DNA from: Candidatus Eiseniibacteriota bacterium
Lineage (GTDB): Bacteria > Eisenbacteria > RBG-16-71-46 > JABDJR01
Assembly (NCBI GenBank): GCA_963762255.1
Contig: CAVXKA010000002.1
Coordinates: forward strand, 64,001-128,000
Length of the DNA: 64,000 nucleotides
Direction of reading: 5' to 3'
Below the pieces are notes generated by a model that was given only the letters and a program-made list of their open reading frames with translations, searched no databases and was not told the DNA's origin. The position numbers were made by a program, and so were the translations under genes. Below, one piece after another: positions 9,190 to 18,409 of this stretch. Positions within the stretch are counted from its first letter, which is position 1, and each line of letters opens with the position of its first letter.

Positions 9190-10287
9190 GTGGGGGGATC
9201 TCGCATCGTTCGCGGCATGGTGTGGGCGGCGGCGCTCTGCACCCTGACCCCGGTTTCCGGTAGAGCCGCCGGGCCTTCCCTGGATTCAGATCCACCGGCG
9301 GCCCGGTTGCATCTCGTGGGACCGGTCACGTTGGGGGGGACGGCGCCGCTCCCTCTCGATGGACTTCCTCCGGGCCGCTATCGGTTGGAGGTAGGCGGCC
9401 TCGGTCTCGCCGAGGCGCGCGGGCGGCTGGTTCTGGATGCCGCCGGAGCGGCTGAGGTTCATGCGGCGGTGGGTCCGATCGCGTTGTTGCTGCCGCCCGG
9501 GCTCGTGCATCTGGGGCAGGGCGAGGGGGCGCGAGGATGGCTCTTCGTGGTCGGAGCCGTCGGCGGCGCGACTGGAGCGGCGCTCAAGGCCCTGGATCTC
9601 GGCGATGCCAACGACGACGCGGACCGCGCGCGCGCGGATTACGAGGATGCCGTGTCCGGCAAGGAGTTCGAGACCGCCCGCCTGACGCTGCTCGCGCTCA
9701 ACGACCGACGGGCCGACGAGACCGATATGCGCAATACGTGGCTGGGCTACGTCGGTGCCATCTGGGCGGGGGCCGCCGTAGAGTCATGGCTTCTCACGCC
9801 GCGCCCCTCGTTGCGCCGCGGCGAGAGCGGCGACTACGTGGTGGAAGCCCCCGACGCAGGTTCCGTCGCCGCCGCGCTGCGAAGCGTGCTGGTGCCGGGA
9901 GCGGGGCAGCGGTACCTCGGTGCGCCGGCGCGAGGAAATCGTTTCACCGGAGCCATCCTGGCGTTGGGAGCGGGGTCGATCCTGGCGCAGCAATCCTTCC
10001 TGTCTGCGCGCCGCGATCAGAACGACGCCCAGCGGCGGTACGAGTCAGCAGCGACCGAGACCGAGACCAAGCACTGGAAGCGCGAACTCACGCTGGCAGC
10101 CGACCGCACGCAGAGCCGCGGTCGCCTTCGGTGGGGCATGGTGGGGGCGACCCTCGGTGTGTACATCTGGAACGTGATCGACGCCGCTGTCGCCGGCCCC
10201 GGCGATGGGGCGGCCTCAGGCTTGAGCCTCAACTTGACACCCGGTGACGGCGGGCTGCGTGCCGGCCTGACCTGGAGGAACTTCTGA
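9190..10287 (+). CDS. Secreted/membrane protein with two DUF5683-like repeats
   Basis: Signal peptide; two units 'L.PG.g...G...RG' each followed by a helix and a hydrophobic 'W..avesw/YIWNVIDA' segment; ends GLTWRNF. Confidence 0.6.
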   Translation: MGGSRIVRGMVWAAALCTLTPVSGRAAGPSLDSDPPAARLHLVGPVTLGGTAPLPLDGLPPGRYRLEVGGLGLAEARGRLVLDAAGAAEVHAAVGPIALLLPPGLVHLGQGEGARGWLFVVGAVGGATGAALKALDLGDANDDADRARADYEDAVSGKEFETARLTLLALNDRRADETDMRNTWLGYVGAIWAGAAVESWLLTPRPSLRRGESGDYVVEAPDAGSVAAALRSVLVPGAGQRYLGAPARGNRFTGAILALGAGSILAQQSFLSARRDQNDAQRRYESAATETETKHWKRELTLAADRTQSRGRLRWGMVGATLGVYIWNVIDAAVAGPGDGAASGLSLNLTPGDGGLRAGLTWRNF

Positions 10288-12161
10288 TGCGCGCCTGGCC
10301 GATTCTCGCCGTCGCATTGTCGGCGGCACTCCTTGCGAGTTGCTCGACCGAGACCACGGACCCTGTGTTCGACAACCCGCTCGACCCCGGCAGCTCCCTC
10401 GATATTCCCGCGCCGGAAGCGGTGTCGGTGATCGTGGGAAACAACGAGGTGCGCCTGAGCTGGGAAGCGCCGGAGGGAGAGACTCCCGACCGGTATCTCG
10501 TGATGCGCCGGCGCCTCGACGTGGCCGTACCCGAGGAAATGAAGGAAGTGGCGCGGGTGATCGAGCCGAGCTACGTCGATCATCAGGTGCGCAACAACCG
10601 TTACTACGCCTATGAGATCGCCGCCGGACGGGGCACCCGTTTCGGGAAGCGGAGCGAGGAGATTCAGGCCACCCCGGGGCTCTTCTCGATCGCGCTGGCC
10701 AACGACGCGCCGCGCACGAATCAGCGCAGCGTTCAGGCGGGCTTGAGCGCGCCGGACATCGTCGAGGCGGTCCAACTCGCCGAGGACGCCGCATTCACCG
10801 GCGCGGCGTGGCGCCCCTATTCACCGACCTTGACCTGGAGCCTGAGCCTGGGAGACGGCGAGAAAACGGTGTACGCGCGCTACCGCCAGAGCGACGGCAC
10901 GGAATCCGTGACCTGCTTCGATGCCATCGTACTGGACACGCACGCTCTCATCAGCGTCGTCTCGTTCGACGGCTCCAACATCCGCGCTCCCGGTGAGGTG
11001 GTGCATTTCCTCGTCGACACCGGGGAATCGGGAGGCGAGGCCACCATCGAGGTGCCCGGCTTCTTCACCGCGACCCCGCTCTTCGACGACGGCACCAACG
11101 GCGACGCGGTGGCGGGGGACGGCGCCTACGAGCGCGACGTTACCCTCCCCGGCGGCACGGTGACGATGGGGGCGCTCGTGCGCGGACGATTCACCGACGC
11201 CGCCGGAAACGTTGCGACGGCGCTGGAGGCGACGCGCACCCTCACCGTGCGCAAGCCTCCGACGGCGATCGTCCTCACCGAGGCCACCGCCTCGGTTCCG
11301 CCCGACCCGGCGCGCGTCACGGTGCGCTGGGAGCAGAGCCTCGACAACGATTTTGCATCCTATCGCGTCTATCGCTCCGACGACGCGGTGGTGGACGGAT
11401 CGGACCTTCTAGTGGCCACGACGTCGACCCGCGGCAGCACCGAGAGCGCCGACTCGGACGTGGCCGAGGGGAAGAGCTACTTCTATCGCGTCTTTGTGCG
11501 GGGGAGCAGCGGCCTGGAGACCGGCTCCAACACGCTTGAGGTCACCGTGCCCAACGTTCGCCCCCCGACGGCGGTGACGCTCAAGACCCCGGACGGGGTC
11601 GGGGTCACCCGCATGGCGCTCGCCTGGTCGCGCAACGAGGATCTCGACTTTGCCTCCTATGCGGTCTACCGGGGCGAAGAGGGGGGCGTGGACGACTCGG
11701 CGGAGCTGGTCGCGACGATTACGGATCAGGATCGCACCTTCGTGGACGACAGCGGGCTTGTCGAGAACACGGAGTATCACTACCGCGTCTACGTTCTCGA
11801 CACCGCCGGCCTCGGAGCACGAAGCAACGAGGTGGCGGAGCGTACGGTGAACGAAGATCCCCCCGGGGTGGTCCTCTCGCCGGCGACCTCGATCACATCG
11901 ACCGCGGCGACGCTGGCGTGGACCGCGAGCGACGCGCACGATTTCAAGGCCTACCGGCTCTACCGGGCGGACAACGCCGCGGTGAGCACGGGCTCCACCC
12001 TGGTGGGAGAGATCCTGGAGCGGCAGGGCACGTCGTTCCGGGACGTCGTGCTCGATCCGGCGACCCGGTATTACTACCGGGTCTTCGTGGTGGATGAAGG
12101 TCCCGACTCCAAATCGACGGGGAGCAACGTGGTCACGCTGCAGACGGCGGCCGCGAACTAG
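10287..12161 (+). CDS. Fibronectin type III repeat lipoprotein with choice-of-anchor X-like Ca-binding motif
   Basis: Lipobox LLAS-C, then 'FDNPLDP'; repeated 'W....DF.SY.VYR...YYYRV.V'; LFDDGTNGDAVAGDGAY. Confidence 0.8.
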   Translation: MRAWPILAVALSAALLASCSTETTDPVFDNPLDPGSSLDIPAPEAVSVIVGNNEVRLSWEAPEGETPDRYLVMRRRLDVAVPEEMKEVARVIEPSYVDHQVRNNRYYAYEIAAGRGTRFGKRSEEIQATPGLFSIALANDAPRTNQRSVQAGLSAPDIVEAVQLAEDAAFTGAAWRPYSPTLTWSLSLGDGEKTVYARYRQSDGTESVTCFDAIVLDTHALISVVSFDGSNIRAPGEVVHFLVDTGESGGEATIEVPGFFTATPLFDDGTNGDAVAGDGAYERDVTLPGGTVTMGALVRGRFTDAAGNVATALEATRTLTVRKPPTAIVLTEATASVPPDPARVTVRWEQSLDNDFASYRVYRSDDAVVDGSDLLVATTSTRGSTESADSDVAEGKSYFYRVFVRGSSGLETGSNTLEVTVPNVRPPTAVTLKTPDGVGVTRMALAWSRNEDLDFASYAVYRGEEGGVDDSAELVATITDQDRTFVDDSGLVENTEYHYRVYVLDTAGLGARSNEVAERTVNEDPPGVVLSPATSITSTAATLAWTASDAHDFKAYRLYRADNAAVSTGSTLVGEILERQGTSFRDVVLDPATRYYYRVFVVDEGPDSKSTGSNVVTLQTAAAN

Positions 12162-12174
12162 GACGAGGCGCTGC

Positions 12175-12858
12175 ATGAGGTCGGAGCAGATCGGCGATCC
12201 GTGGTGGCGGCTGGCGCTCGACGGCGCGCTGGCGACGATCATGTTTCTGTTGCTTCTGCCGCTTCTGATCGTCGTCGCGCTCGCGATCAAGATCGAGTCG
12301 CCGCGAGGCTCGGTGTTCTACCAGCAGGAACGCGTGGGGCTCAACCGTCGCGGAGGCCGCGCGACGGAGCGAGCGATCACGGTGGGCCCCGCCGAGGACC
12401 GCAGGCAGCGTCCGGCCGAGGGGAAGCCCTTTCGAATCTGGAAATTCCGCACGATGGTCCCCGATGCCGAGGCTCGCACCGGTCCCGTGTGGGCAGCCAG
12501 CGACGATCCCCGGGTCACCCGCGTGGGACGAATCCTGCGGCGGGCACGCCTGGACGAACTGCCCCAGCTCGTGAACGTGATCCGCGGCGAGATGCGGCTC
12601 GTGGGGCCGCGGCCGGAACGACCGTACTTCGTGGAGAAGCTGGCCACCGGGGTGCCCGAGTATCGCCGACGCCTCACCGTTCCTCCTGGCATCACCGGTC
12701 TGGCGCAGGTCGAGCGCGCTTACGATGAGGATCTCGACGACGTGCGCACCAAGTTGCGCTACGACCTTTTCTACATCGAGAACCGCCGCGCGCTCCTGGA
12801 CATGAAGATCCTCATGAAGACGCTGTCGGTGGTGCTGGGGCGGCGCGGCGCCCGCTGA
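12175..12858 (+). CDS. Priming sugar transferase (Bac_transf; polyprenyl glycosylphosphotransferase catalytic domain)
   Basis: FYQQERVG, KFRTM, DDPRVTRVGRILR..RLDELPQL.NV..GEM.LVGPRPERP, PGITGLAQV, YDLFYIEN. Confidence 0.93.
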   Translation: MRSEQIGDPWWRLALDGALATIMFLLLLPLLIVVALAIKIESPRGSVFYQQERVGLNRRGGRATERAITVGPAEDRRQRPAEGKPFRIWKFRTMVPDAEARTGPVWAASDDPRVTRVGRILRRARLDELPQLVNVIRGEMRLVGPRPERPYFVEKLATGVPEYRRRLTVPPGITGLAQVERAYDEDLDDVRTKLRYDLFYIENRRALLDMKILMKTLSVVLGRRGAR

Positions 12859-12888
12859 TCGCTCCCCGGGCGCCGCATCTCCGGACTC

Positions 12889-12907
12889 GGGGCCCGAGGC
12901 GGGCCCC
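12889..12907. terminator. GC-rich hairpin between convergent genes
   Basis: GGGGCCCG-AGG-CGGGCCCC perfect 8-bp stem; no clear U-tract. Confidence 0.4.
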
Positions 12908-12928
12908 CGCTTCGTTCCGGGCCTCGTC

Positions 12929-13663
12929 CTAGCGACGACCCAGGCCGGCAAAGACCGACTGCAGGGTCACCATGATCACGCTCCACACGAGCCACAGTAC
13001 GACCATGGCGACGGTCGCCTTGCGGGTGGGGATGCGGGCGACGATGGCGACGGCGAGGATGTTGAGTCCGAGCATCCAGAGGGAGAACAGGTCGAACTGG
13101 CTCAGCACGCGGTAGAGGACCGTCTCCTCCGCGTCGGAGGGGAGCAGCGCCGCGAGGCTGGTTTGCACCTTGTTGGTTCCCTTGGCGATGCTGAGCGGGA
13201 CCTTCACCAGGGAGGCGGGGATACCCACCATGCTCGTGTGGGCAATCGCCGCGACCATCGTCTTGTACTTGACGCTGCCGCCCAGGACGAAGTTGGCCAG
13301 GAGCATCAGCACCGCTGCGACGATGAAGAGCGTGACGAACACGTACGCGACGGCACCGGGCGGCACCGCGAACGGCATGATCGACTCGGTGCGGCTCTGG
13401 GTCTGTTCCAACTGCTCGGCGGTCATGTTGGCGCCCTGCTTCGCGATCTGGTCCATCTGGTCGTTGATGCTGGGCCGGGTCAGCAGGATCCCCACGACAA
13501 GATAGAGGACCGCAAGCACGATGAGCACGCCCAGAAGGCGCGGTCTCTCGCGGATCGACTCGAGAACGGCCCGAGGCGAGACGAGAATGCCCCAGATCCG
13601 TTGGAGTAGACTCATGTCCTGGGTGGTGGGGGAGGTCGAGGGAGGCGCGGTTTGGAATCCCAT
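12929..13663 (-). CDS. Yip1-family membrane protein
   Basis: 'LLQRIWGILVSPRAVLESIRERP', several TMs, 'LSQFDLFSLW'. Confidence 0.8.
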   Translation of the reverse strand: MGFQTAPPSTSPTTQDMSLLQRIWGILVSPRAVLESIRERPRLLGVLIVLAVLYLVVGILLTRPSINDQMDQIAKQGANMTAEQLEQTQSRTESIMPFAVPPGAVAYVFVTLFIVAAVLMLLANFVLGGSVKYKTMVAAIAHTSMVGIPASLVKVPLSIAKGTNKVQTSLAALLPSDAEETVLYRVLSQFDLFSLWMLGLNILAVAIVARIPTRKATVAMVVLWLVWSVIMVTLQSVFAGLGRR

Positions 13664-13689
13664 GGGTTCTCCTTGGCGAGGGTTTGGGC

Positions 13690-13719
13690 ACGATAGGAAC
13701 CCCGGGGAGTCCCTGTCAA
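13690..13719 (-). promoter_or_regulatory. Sigma70-like promoter for the Yip1 gene
   Basis: Minus strand TTGACA (13719-13714), 18 bp, TATCGT (13695-13690). Confidence 0.5.
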
Positions 13720-13732
13720 GGTCGGAGGTGCG

Positions 13733-14518
13733 GTGAGAGTTTCTGGTCTGCTGCTCGCGGTGGCGGCGCTATTCGCGGCCGGTGCTTGGCTCGAGCGCAT
13801 CCCTTCGCCGGGTTCCCAGCCCGAGGGCATCGCATCCGATGGAACCCACATCTACGTGGCAGATTTCAACGACGCCACGATTTCCCGTGTCGATCCTGCC
13901 GCGCCGGCAACCGCGGTGGACTTCCCGTCTCCGGGCCCCCATCCCGAAGGTCTGGCCTGGGACGGGAGTCACCTCTGGTCTGCGGACTGGGAGACAGGCC
14001 GCATCTACCGGCATCAGGTCTCGGACACCGCGCTGACCGTGGACTTCTTCTTCAACGCCCCGGGCGCCGAAACGGGAACCCATCCGGTGGGCCTCACCTG
14101 GGACGGTGCGTCGCTCTGGTTGACCACATGGAGTCCCTTCATGCTGTATCGCCTGGACCCCGCCACCGGCGCCGTACTCGGGTCGCGGCCGGTGGAGGAT
14201 CTCTACCCGCGCGACCCGGCACCGATCTCCTTCTCCTACGCCCCGGAGGATCTCGCGTGGGACGGCACCCATCTCTGGATCACGGACTGGCACACCCCAA
14301 AGCTCTTCCGAATCGACCCGACCACGTTCGAGGTGGTGAGCACGCTGCCGGCGCCAGCGCGTGGCAGCGTCGGCCTCACGTTCCATCGGGGCTATCTCTG
14401 GAACGGCAGCACCGTGGAACGCGCGCTGTACCGACTCGAGGTCACGGACGGGACCCCGACCCGGTCGATCACCTGGGGGCAGCTCAAGCGGCGCGCCATC
14501 CCCGGCGGCGCTCCATAA
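13733..14518 (+). CDS. Secreted beta-propeller protein (glutaminyl cyclase/YncE-like repeats) with C-terminal TWG tail
   Basis: Hydrophobic N-terminus; five 'P(E/V)(G/D)L(A/T)WDG..LW'-type blades; ends TPTRSITWGQLKRRAIPGGAP. Confidence 0.75.
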   Translation: MRVSGLLLAVAALFAAGAWLERIPSPGSQPEGIASDGTHIYVADFNDATISRVDPAAPATAVDFPSPGPHPEGLAWDGSHLWSADWETGRIYRHQVSDTALTVDFFFNAPGAETGTHPVGLTWDGASLWLTTWSPFMLYRLDPATGAVLGSRPVEDLYPRDPAPISFSYAPEDLAWDGTHLWITDWHTPKLFRIDPTTFEVVSTLPAPARGSVGLTFHRGYLWNGSTVERALYRLEVTDGTPTRSITWGQLKRRAIPGGAP

Positions 14519-14537
14519 CGCCAAGCGGGAGCGTGCG

Positions 14538-14568
14538 TTGACAGCCGCGGCGGGGCATGGTGTATACT
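14538..14568 (+). promoter_or_regulatory. Putative sigma70 promoter for the beta-barrel operon
   Basis: TTGACA (14538-14543) and TATACT (14563-14568); spacer 19 bp, longer than optimal. Confidence 0.4.
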
Positions 14569-14724
14569 CCGCCGCGCTTGTTCGGGCGGATGGCTGCCGG
14601 ATGCGCCGGTCGCCTTTTTTCCCGCGGTTCGCCCGCGTGCTCACAGGGCCCCCTCGGGTTGCTCCAAACCCTCTTCCCTGCGATCGCCCGCGGCCGCTCA
14701 TCGGTCCTCGAAGGAGCTAGGTGG

Positions 14725-15723
14725 ATGATGCGAAGGACGGTTCGGTTGACGTTTCCGGTGGCGGCGCTCGTGCTCCTGTTGGCGATCTCGCTAGTTCGGC
14801 CCGGCGGCGCGCAGTTGCTGAACGACGAGGCGGTGGGGCGTCTCACGATCGGCGGCACCATCGGCCCGCAGATGACCGCGATGGGTGACATCAACGATAA
14901 CCTCAGCGTGGTGAACCGCTTCCTGCAGCGCGATCTCATCGAGCGCGTGGACAAGGTGAAGACCGGCGTTTCCACCGGAATCGACGTGCGCTATCGCCTA
15001 GGGCGGACCCCCCCCGAGGATCCCGAGGAGGCGGTCACCTGGAAGGATCGCGTCACGCTCGGCTTCGCCTGGGGCGGGCTCAACGCCGACACCGGGATCA
15101 ACGTCGGCTCCGCCACCGTGCGGCTCTTCACGCGCACCACCACCTACACCCCCTATGTGCTCTACCACCTTCCGTTCCTGGAGAAAGTCGACCAACGCTC
15201 GCAGCTCTACGTCGGCGCCGGGCCGATCTTCATGCGCAGCGGCTATATCGAGTGGAAGGTCCGGGACAAGACCCGGAACAACTTTCTGGTGGACGGGGAC
15301 ATCGCGGAGTTGACCGGGTCCGGCACCGCCAAGGCGAGCGGGATCGGCATCCTGCTGATGACGGGGGCCTCCTACCAGCTCTCGAACCGCTTCTCCCTGG
15401 CTGTGGACGTGGGTTATCGGAAGGCCAGGATGTCCAACGTCGAGATCACCCGGGGGGTAACTCCCACCGAGGGGAACGCGACCGAAGCCTGGAACATCGA
15501 GCGCTTCCCGGGTGGCGAAGCCGATGTCATCCGGGAACCCGGGGATTGGGCCATCATCGATTTCTTTCTGAGGGACCCGGAAGCCCGGTTCGGTGGTAAG
15601 AACCGCCAGGATCCCGAGGATGACGGCGGCTGCGAGGATTGCCGGCTCTACTACACGGGCGGCCCTATCGACATCGACTTCAGCGGCCCCTTCACCCAGT
15701 TGTCGTTCCGAGTGCACTTCTGA
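14725..15723 (+). CDS. Outer-membrane beta-barrel protein
   Basis: AAGGAG before ATG 14725; signal peptide; alternating beta-strand pattern (LYVGAG, GASYQLSNRFSLAVDVGYR); C-terminal LSFRVHF beta-signal. Confidence 0.75.
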   Translation: MMRRTVRLTFPVAALVLLLAISLVRPGGAQLLNDEAVGRLTIGGTIGPQMTAMGDINDNLSVVNRFLQRDLIERVDKVKTGVSTGIDVRYRLGRTPPEDPEEAVTWKDRVTLGFAWGGLNADTGINVGSATVRLFTRTTTYTPYVLYHLPFLEKVDQRSQLYVGAGPIFMRSGYIEWKVRDKTRNNFLVDGDIAELTGSGTAKASGIGILLMTGASYQLSNRFSLAVDVGYRKARMSNVEITRGVTPTEGNATEAWNIERFPGGEADVIREPGDWAIIDFFLRDPEARFGGKNRQDPEDDGGCEDCRLYYTGGPIDIDFSGPFTQLSFRVHF

Positions 15724-15763
15724 TCCAGGCGGGATCTCCGCCACAAGGGCGGGCACCTAACCG

Positions 15764-16564
15764 ATGATGAACGCGCGAAAGACCAACACCCTGTTCTTGG
15801 CCATCGGCCTCTCCATGCTTGTCGCGTGCGGGCGCGGCAAGGGCGAGCGCGGCAAGGAAGCCGCCTCCACGCCGGGCGCCGGCGAGAGTCCGCCGCCGGC
15901 GACCGCCACCGCTCCGCGCACCGATCCGAGGCAGGCGCCGGTCGATCCGCAGTACGCGAGCCTGGAGTTCCTTCAGAGCCAGCCCCTCGCTCTCGAGAAC
16001 GAGATCGCGATCGGCAACCTCTATCTGAATCGCGGCGACGCCGACAGCGCGCTGGCGCATTACCAGCAGGCCACACGGCTCGACCCCAAGAGCGTCTCCG
16101 CCTGGAACTATACCGGCATCACGCTGGCTCGCCTGGAGCGGTTCGCGGAAGCGAAGGCCTCGTACGAGAAGGCGGCGGCTTTGGATGCCTTCTACGGCCA
16201 TACCTTCGTCAACCTGGGCAACCTCTACTTCAAGCAGGAGAAGTTCGACCTGGCGGCCAAGGAATATCAGCTCGCCACCACCATCGACTCGACCGACGCC
16301 CGCGCCTGGCTGAACCTGGGTCTCGCCTATGAGCGGCTCCAGGAGATCAACCGGGCCATCCTGGCCTATAACAAAGCGGCGGAGTGCGACCTCGCGGACC
16401 CCACCCCCCTCGAGCGTCTCGGCTGGATCTACTACGACAAGATGATCTACGACGCCGCGCGCGACAGGTGGGGCAAGGCGGTCGCGCGAGATCCTTCGCG
16501 ACAGGATTTGATCGACAACATCGCCGGGCTCAAGGCGTACGCCGACAGCACCGGCACGCGATGA
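15764..16564 (+). CDS. TPR-repeat lipoprotein
   Basis: Lipobox LVA-C; Pro/Ala linker; canonical TPRs ('AWNYTGITL', 'FVNLGNLYF', 'AWLNLGLAY'). Confidence 0.85.
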   Translation: MMNARKTNTLFLAIGLSMLVACGRGKGERGKEAASTPGAGESPPPATATAPRTDPRQAPVDPQYASLEFLQSQPLALENEIAIGNLYLNRGDADSALAHYQQATRLDPKSVSAWNYTGITLARLERFAEAKASYEKAAALDAFYGHTFVNLGNLYFKQEKFDLAAKEYQLATTIDSTDARAWLNLGLAYERLQEINRAILAYNKAAECDLADPTPLERLGWIYYDKMIYDAARDRWGKAVARDPSRQDLIDNIAGLKAYADSTGTR

Positions 16565-18384
16565 CCACGCTTCGGCGTCTACGGGGGAGCCTGGGACTTC
16601 TCTTCGCGCTCCTCCCCGGCATCGCCTCGGCCTCATCTCCTGGCCTTCCAGCGCAATGGGATTCCGCCCGGTACATGGACGTTTCGGAGATCCGACCCGG
16701 CATGAAGGGGATCGGACGATCCGTCTTCGTCGGGACGGAGATCCGTGAGTTCGGCGTGGAGATCCTGGGGGTGCTGCCCACGGCCGACCCGCGTACCCGC
16801 ATGATCCTGGCCCGACTCTCCGGCGAGGGGCTGGAAAAGTCGGGGGTGATCGCGGGCATGAGCGGGAGCCCCATCACCGTGGATGGAAGGCTTATCGGCG
16901 CGCTGGCCTTCGGCTGGCCGTACTCCGTCGAACCCATCACCGGGATCACCCCGATCGCCGACATGCTGGCCATGGGTGGTCGCGGCGCCGCCGATGCGGA
17001 TGAGGCGGCGAGCGCGCGGCTCAGCCCCGCGCTGTGGCAGGCCTTGTGGCACGCGGACTCACGCCAGGCGATGGATCTCCTGTCGGAGGGATCGGGCGCC
17101 GCGGACGCCGGTCTTCCGCCGTTGCGCGTGCCGGTGGCGATGTCGGGATTGAGCGGCGCCGCGCGCGGAGAGGCGGCCCGCATTCTGGAGAGCCAGGGCC
17201 TCCTCCTCGAAGAGGGCGCAGCTCTGGGCTTCGATCCCTCGCTGGCGGCGGGGCCGCTGGAGCCGGGAAGCGCGCTTGCCGTGGAGCTGGTGCGCGGGGA
17301 CGCGCAGATCGCGGCCATCGGCACCGTGACCTGGACCGACGGGAACCAGGTGCTGGCGTTCGGTCACCCCATGATGAATCGGGGAGCGGCGTCCTATCCG
17401 ATGAGTACGGCCAGCGTCGTGACCGTGATGCCACGGATCAGCTCGTCGTTCAAGATGGGAGTGGTAGGTGCGCCGGTCGGGGCTGTGACCCGGGACTACA
17501 GCAAGGGAATCATGGGTGTGGTCGGCAGCATTCCCCGCATGATCCCGATGAGCGTGGACCTGCGTTTCGGCGGCCGCGAGGAACGGCTGCACTTCGAAAT
17601 CCTGGAGGCGCAGGCGCTGACCCCGGCTCTGGCCGGAGTGGTCGTCGCCAACGCGGTCGAAACGCTCGGGAGAGAGGTCGGCGCGTCTACCGTGACCGTC
17701 ACCACGCGCATCGCGCTGGAGGATGGACGGAGCCTGGAGACGCGCCAGGTGGACGCGAACTTTTCCCCGTCGATGAGCTTGGGGGGCGAGGTGGCCCGCC
17801 TGGTCGCTCTCGTGCACGGCAATCCCTTCGAGGCGGTGACCGTGCGCGACATCGCCGTCACCGCGACGGTGGACGATACGCTGCACGCGGCGTTTCTGGA
17901 GAGCCTGGTGCTTCCCCCGGCCCCGTATCGCGCGGGGTCGACCCTCTCCGTGGAAGCGGGGTTGCGCGATTATCGAGGCCGCCGGTGGACACATCGCATC
18001 GCGTTCCAGGTGCCGGCCGGTCTCGCTCCCGGCACCTACACGCTGCTCGCGTGCGACGGTCAGCAGGACGGGGCGGCCGAGGTGGTGCGCGTGCCCGGGC
18101 GGTACGACCCGCAGGATTTGGATCAGGTGCTGGCGCTTCTGGCTAACGAGACACCTCGGGACATCCTGGTTCTGCGCCTGATGGGGGCCGGAGGAGATCC
18201 GGTCGTCTCGGGCCGCGAGCTGCCCGGCTTGCCCCCCTCGATGCGGCGCGCCCTCATTTCGCCGCTCGCCGGCGGGCGGGTCACGCAGACGGGTGCGTCC
18301 GTGGAGCACGTGCAGCGGGAGCGCATGGGACGCATGGTGATCGGCTGCCAAGGCGTTCCGATGACCGTGGAGCCGGCGCGCTGA
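16561..18384 (+). CDS. SpoIVB/S55 family serine peptidase (secreted)
   Basis: 'EIRPGMKGIGRSVF.G', IAGMSGSP (catalytic Ser), LIGALAFGW, AIGTVT, LAFGHPM. Confidence 0.85.
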   Translation: MTTLRRLRGSLGLLFALLPGIASASSPGLPAQWDSARYMDVSEIRPGMKGIGRSVFVGTEIREFGVEILGVLPTADPRTRMILARLSGEGLEKSGVIAGMSGSPITVDGRLIGALAFGWPYSVEPITGITPIADMLAMGGRGAADADEAASARLSPALWQALWHADSRQAMDLLSEGSGAADAGLPPLRVPVAMSGLSGAARGEAARILESQGLLLEEGAALGFDPSLAAGPLEPGSALAVELVRGDAQIAAIGTVTWTDGNQVLAFGHPMMNRGAASYPMSTASVVTVMPRISSSFKMGVVGAPVGAVTRDYSKGIMGVVGSIPRMIPMSVDLRFGGREERLHFEILEAQALTPALAGVVVANAVETLGREVGASTVTVTTRIALEDGRSLETRQVDANFSPSMSLGGEVARLVALVHGNPFEAVTVRDIAVTATVDDTLHAAFLESLVLPPAPYRAGSTLSVEAGLRDYRGRRWTHRIAFQVPAGLAPGTYTLLACDGQQDGAAEVVRVPGRYDPQDLDQVLALLANETPRDILVLRLMGAGGDPVVSGRELPGLPPSMRRALISPLAGGRVTQTGASVEHVQRERMGRMVIGCQGVPMTVEPAR

Positions 18385-18409
18385 ATCGCGCCTCGGGAGA
18401 CCGCTCGAC

